Shown here: in pieces, positions 25,020 through 26,750 of the stretch | Numbering within the stretch: position 1 is the first letter of the stretch | How the letters are laid out: the number at the start of each line of letters is the position of its first letter | DNA from: a virus | Lineage: Duplodnaviria > Caudoviricetes | IMG/VR virus record: IMGVR_UViG_3300022690_002279 | Span: 1 to 26,750 of that record | Length of the DNA: 26,750 nt | Direction: 5' to 3' (one strand) | Translations under genes and position numbers: made by a program | Notes under the pieces: model-generated | What the model was told of the DNA's origin: nothing | Database searches by the model: none | The model's input: only the letters and a program-made list of their open reading frames with translations

Positions 25020-26542
25020 AAGAAATCGTTTTTACAGGTCAAGAAATACTTTCCGTATCCAAACAAGATAAAGAAGACAATCTTAAGACTTCTGAGATTA
25101 TAAAGATATTTGAGAACAGCACAGACTTGGAAAAGATAAAAGAAGCTGTTCGGAAGGCAGAAGAAAGAATGGTCGTTACCTGGGCTAGTGTTGAGATGAA
25201 AGATAATGCTGGAGAATTGATCCCTATGGCCGATTTGATAAAGCAACAGAAGATATTACTAGAAAGAAATGGCCCCATAACGGATACCCATACTAACAAG
25301 GTTCATGGTCAAACACTTGCTTTTAAAGTAATGGAGAACCAGCATAGCAAAAGTTTAGGAGTTCTGCACTTGGATAAGATGTTTGCTCATGATGTAAGAG
25401 ATGATAAATTGTGGGGCGAGATCAAGAGCGGTGAAAGGGCTGGGAGTAGTGTGGGGGGTTTCAATACATCTGTTTCTTTCGGAAGAGATAAAGTTACAGG
25501 GGAAAGTGTGAAAGTTTTAGAAGGGTTTCACCATAGGGAAACAGCAAGCGTGAGAAATCCTTGCAATCCTTTATCTCTTAATGAAGCTTTTTCAGTAGTT
25601 GCGAAAAGTTACACTTCCAAAGGGCAAGATGTTGAGAAGCCTAAAATGGTAGATGATTGCGTTGATGCTTTAATGGAAGATCCTGACTTCAAACCTGAAC
25701 CAGGCAGAACCAAGGAAGAAGCAGCGCATGCTGTGTGTAATGCTCGTTTTGCTGAGAAAAACAAGGGAGAACACAAAGAAGAAAACACAGAAAACGATTC
25801 TTTTGCAGGATTTGACACGTTAGGAGATTGCGTTGCGGCAAACGTAGGAGTGGAAGCAGATCCTGTGGGTTATTGCATGTCTATGAGGAATAAGGCAGTG
25901 CACAAAACCGAAAATCGGGAAACTGATATAAATAAGCTTAACCTTCAAGAAAATATAAAAAAGACTGAAGGTGATCCCATGGACTCAAATGAATTAAAAA
26001 AATCCCTTTCTGAAATGAAAGAAATCCTTAAAAGTAATTCTGCAGAAATAGCCAAACTGAAAAAGACGGTTGAAGAGAGACGAGAAGAAGAGGAAGAAAA
26101 GCGTGAAGATGCTCCAAAACCTCCAAAAGAAGAAGAAGAGGGAAAAGTACGAGACAAGAAGAAAGTCATCCAAGCAGGCGAAGAAATATTGCCAACCGAA
26201 GAAGAGGAAGAAAAGAAGAAAGAAGAAGCGGCTAGCGACATCGCAGGTGAAGAACCTGCAAGAGACCAACCCGAATCGTCTATCGAAGAACAAAGCAACC
26301 AAGAAAACACTTTCAAAGAAATGAAGAAAGAACTTGCAGACATCAAAAAGATGGTTGCCCTCAAAGCTATAACCCCTCACCCAGCAGCGGTAGCTTCTGA
26401 CGTGAACAAAGCAGACGTGGCAAAAGCTACAGATCTCAGAAACCTCGGTTTAGACCTCGCAACAGGAAAAAAGACGATGACCTGGAACGATGTCCACAAA
26501 GCGGAAGAGGATTACTTTAAACTAAGTGGGAGGAGGATATAA
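25016..26542 (+). CDS. Prohead maturation protease (XkdF/HK97-like) with C-terminal scaffold region
   Basis: WASVEMKD..GE, HTNKVHG, WGEIKSGERAGSSVGG, ETASVRNPCNP; charged coiled-coil C-terminus; precedes the capsid gene. Confidence 0.85.
   Translation: MKEIVFTGQEILSVSKQDKEDNLKTSEIIKIFENSTDLEKIKEAVRKAEERMVVTWASVEMKDNAGELIPMADLIKQQKILLERNGPITDTHTNKVHGQTLAFKVMENQHSKSLGVLHLDKMFAHDVRDDKLWGEIKSGERAGSSVGGFNTSVSFGRDKVTGESVKVLEGFHHRETASVRNPCNPLSLNEAFSVVAKSYTSKGQDVEKPKMVDDCVDALMEDPDFKPEPGRTKEEAAHAVCNARFAEKNKGEHKEENTENDSFAGFDTLGDCVAANVGVEADPVGYCMSMRNKAVHKTENRETDINKLNLQENIKKTEGDPMDSNELKKSLSEMKEILKSNSAEIAKLKKTVEERREEEEEKREDAPKPPKEEEEGKVRDKKKVIQAGEEILPTEEEEEKKKEEAASDIAGEEPARDQPESSIEEQSNQENTFKEMKKELADIKKMVALKAITPHPAAVASDVNKADVAKATDLRNLGLDLATGKKTMTWNDVHKAEEDYFKLSGRRI
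25921..25935 (+). promoter_or_regulatory. Late-type promoter AACTGATATAAATAA (copy 4), inside the protease CDS
   Basis: Exact 15-mer, upstream of internal GGTGA SD (25970-25974) and in-frame ATG 25979. Confidence 0.8.
25979..26542 (+). CDS. Nested in-frame scaffold protein (187 aa)
   Basis: Own promoter, SD and ATG in frame with the protease (codon 322); E/K-rich coiled coil. Confidence 0.75.
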   Translation: MDSNELKKSLSEMKEILKSNSAEIAKLKKTVEERREEEEEKREDAPKPPKEEEEGKVRDKKKVIQAGEEILPTEEEEEKKKEEAASDIAGEEPARDQPESSIEEQSNQENTFKEMKKELADIKKMVALKAITPHPAAVASDVNKADVAKATDLRNLGLDLATGKKTMTWNDVHKAEEDYFKLSGRRI

Positions 26543-26543
26543 G

Positions 26544-26750
26544 ATGTCAACTCAATTAAGAACAATCGGACAATTATTAGAATACTATTACGGGCCTCAA
26601 AACGTGGCTAAAGTAGATGACCCTCTACTTAGGGGAACCACAGGGGTTTTCAACGCCGTTTTCGGTGCTCAAGCTTTCAGCCAGTTAAACAATGAAGCTA
26701 ACGCTTTCGCTTTGCTTCCTAAACTGCCATGGGCTAAGAGCGGATGGAGA
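26544..26750 (+). CDS. Major capsid protein, N-terminus (3' truncated)
   Basis: GGAGGAGG SD; MSTQLRTIGQLLEYYYG...FNAVFGAQAFSQLNNEANAFALLPKLPWAKSGWR; follows the scaffold; recalled resemblance to archaeal tailed-virus capsid proteins is unverified. Confidence 0.8.
   Translation, partial: MSTQLRTIGQLLEYYYGPQNVAKVDDPLLRGTTGVFNAVFGAQAFSQLNNEANAFALLPKLPWAKSGWR

Noticed and set aside
22332-26380. Numerous minus-strand ORFs opposite portal and protease
   Set aside because: Antisense shadows of well-supported genes, with low-complexity S/F-rich translations.

Overview
Most of the genome of a small tailed dsDNA virus (Caudoviricetes, probably siphovirus-like). The host is very probably an archaeon, judged from GGTGA/GGAGGT Shine-Dalgarno sites, BRE+TATA promoters, leaderless starts, a Sec11-type peptidase and ORB-like boxes. 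Essentially all real genes are on the + strand. Order: end of tail tube, tail chaperones with a -1 frameshift site, short tape measure, distal tail/hub/fibre genes, peptidase plus holin-like genes; then a ~730 bp non-coding region (AT-rich tract, ORB-like boxes, many hairpins); then ~9 kb of small early/accessory genes (Zn fingers, cold-shock protein, C5 methyltransferase, lipoprotein zincin, YopX); then terS/terL, a 3.4 kb accessory insert (Tad2-like protein, micro-membrane proteins, a tRNA-like element), portal-MuF fusion, gp10-like gene, prohead protease with nested scaffold, and the start of the major capsid gene. No integrase, polymerase, helicase, primase or Orc1/Cdc6 is recognisable. 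Most notable: (1) single small genes each bounded by a ~35 bp repeat (12082-14067); (2) a chromosome-type ORB+DUE origin with no viral initiator visible; (3) a promoter-driven, D-armless 73-nt tRNA-like element; (4) a signal-peptidase-like gene where an endolysin would normally sit. All product calls come from motifs and gene order read by eye; no database search was run.
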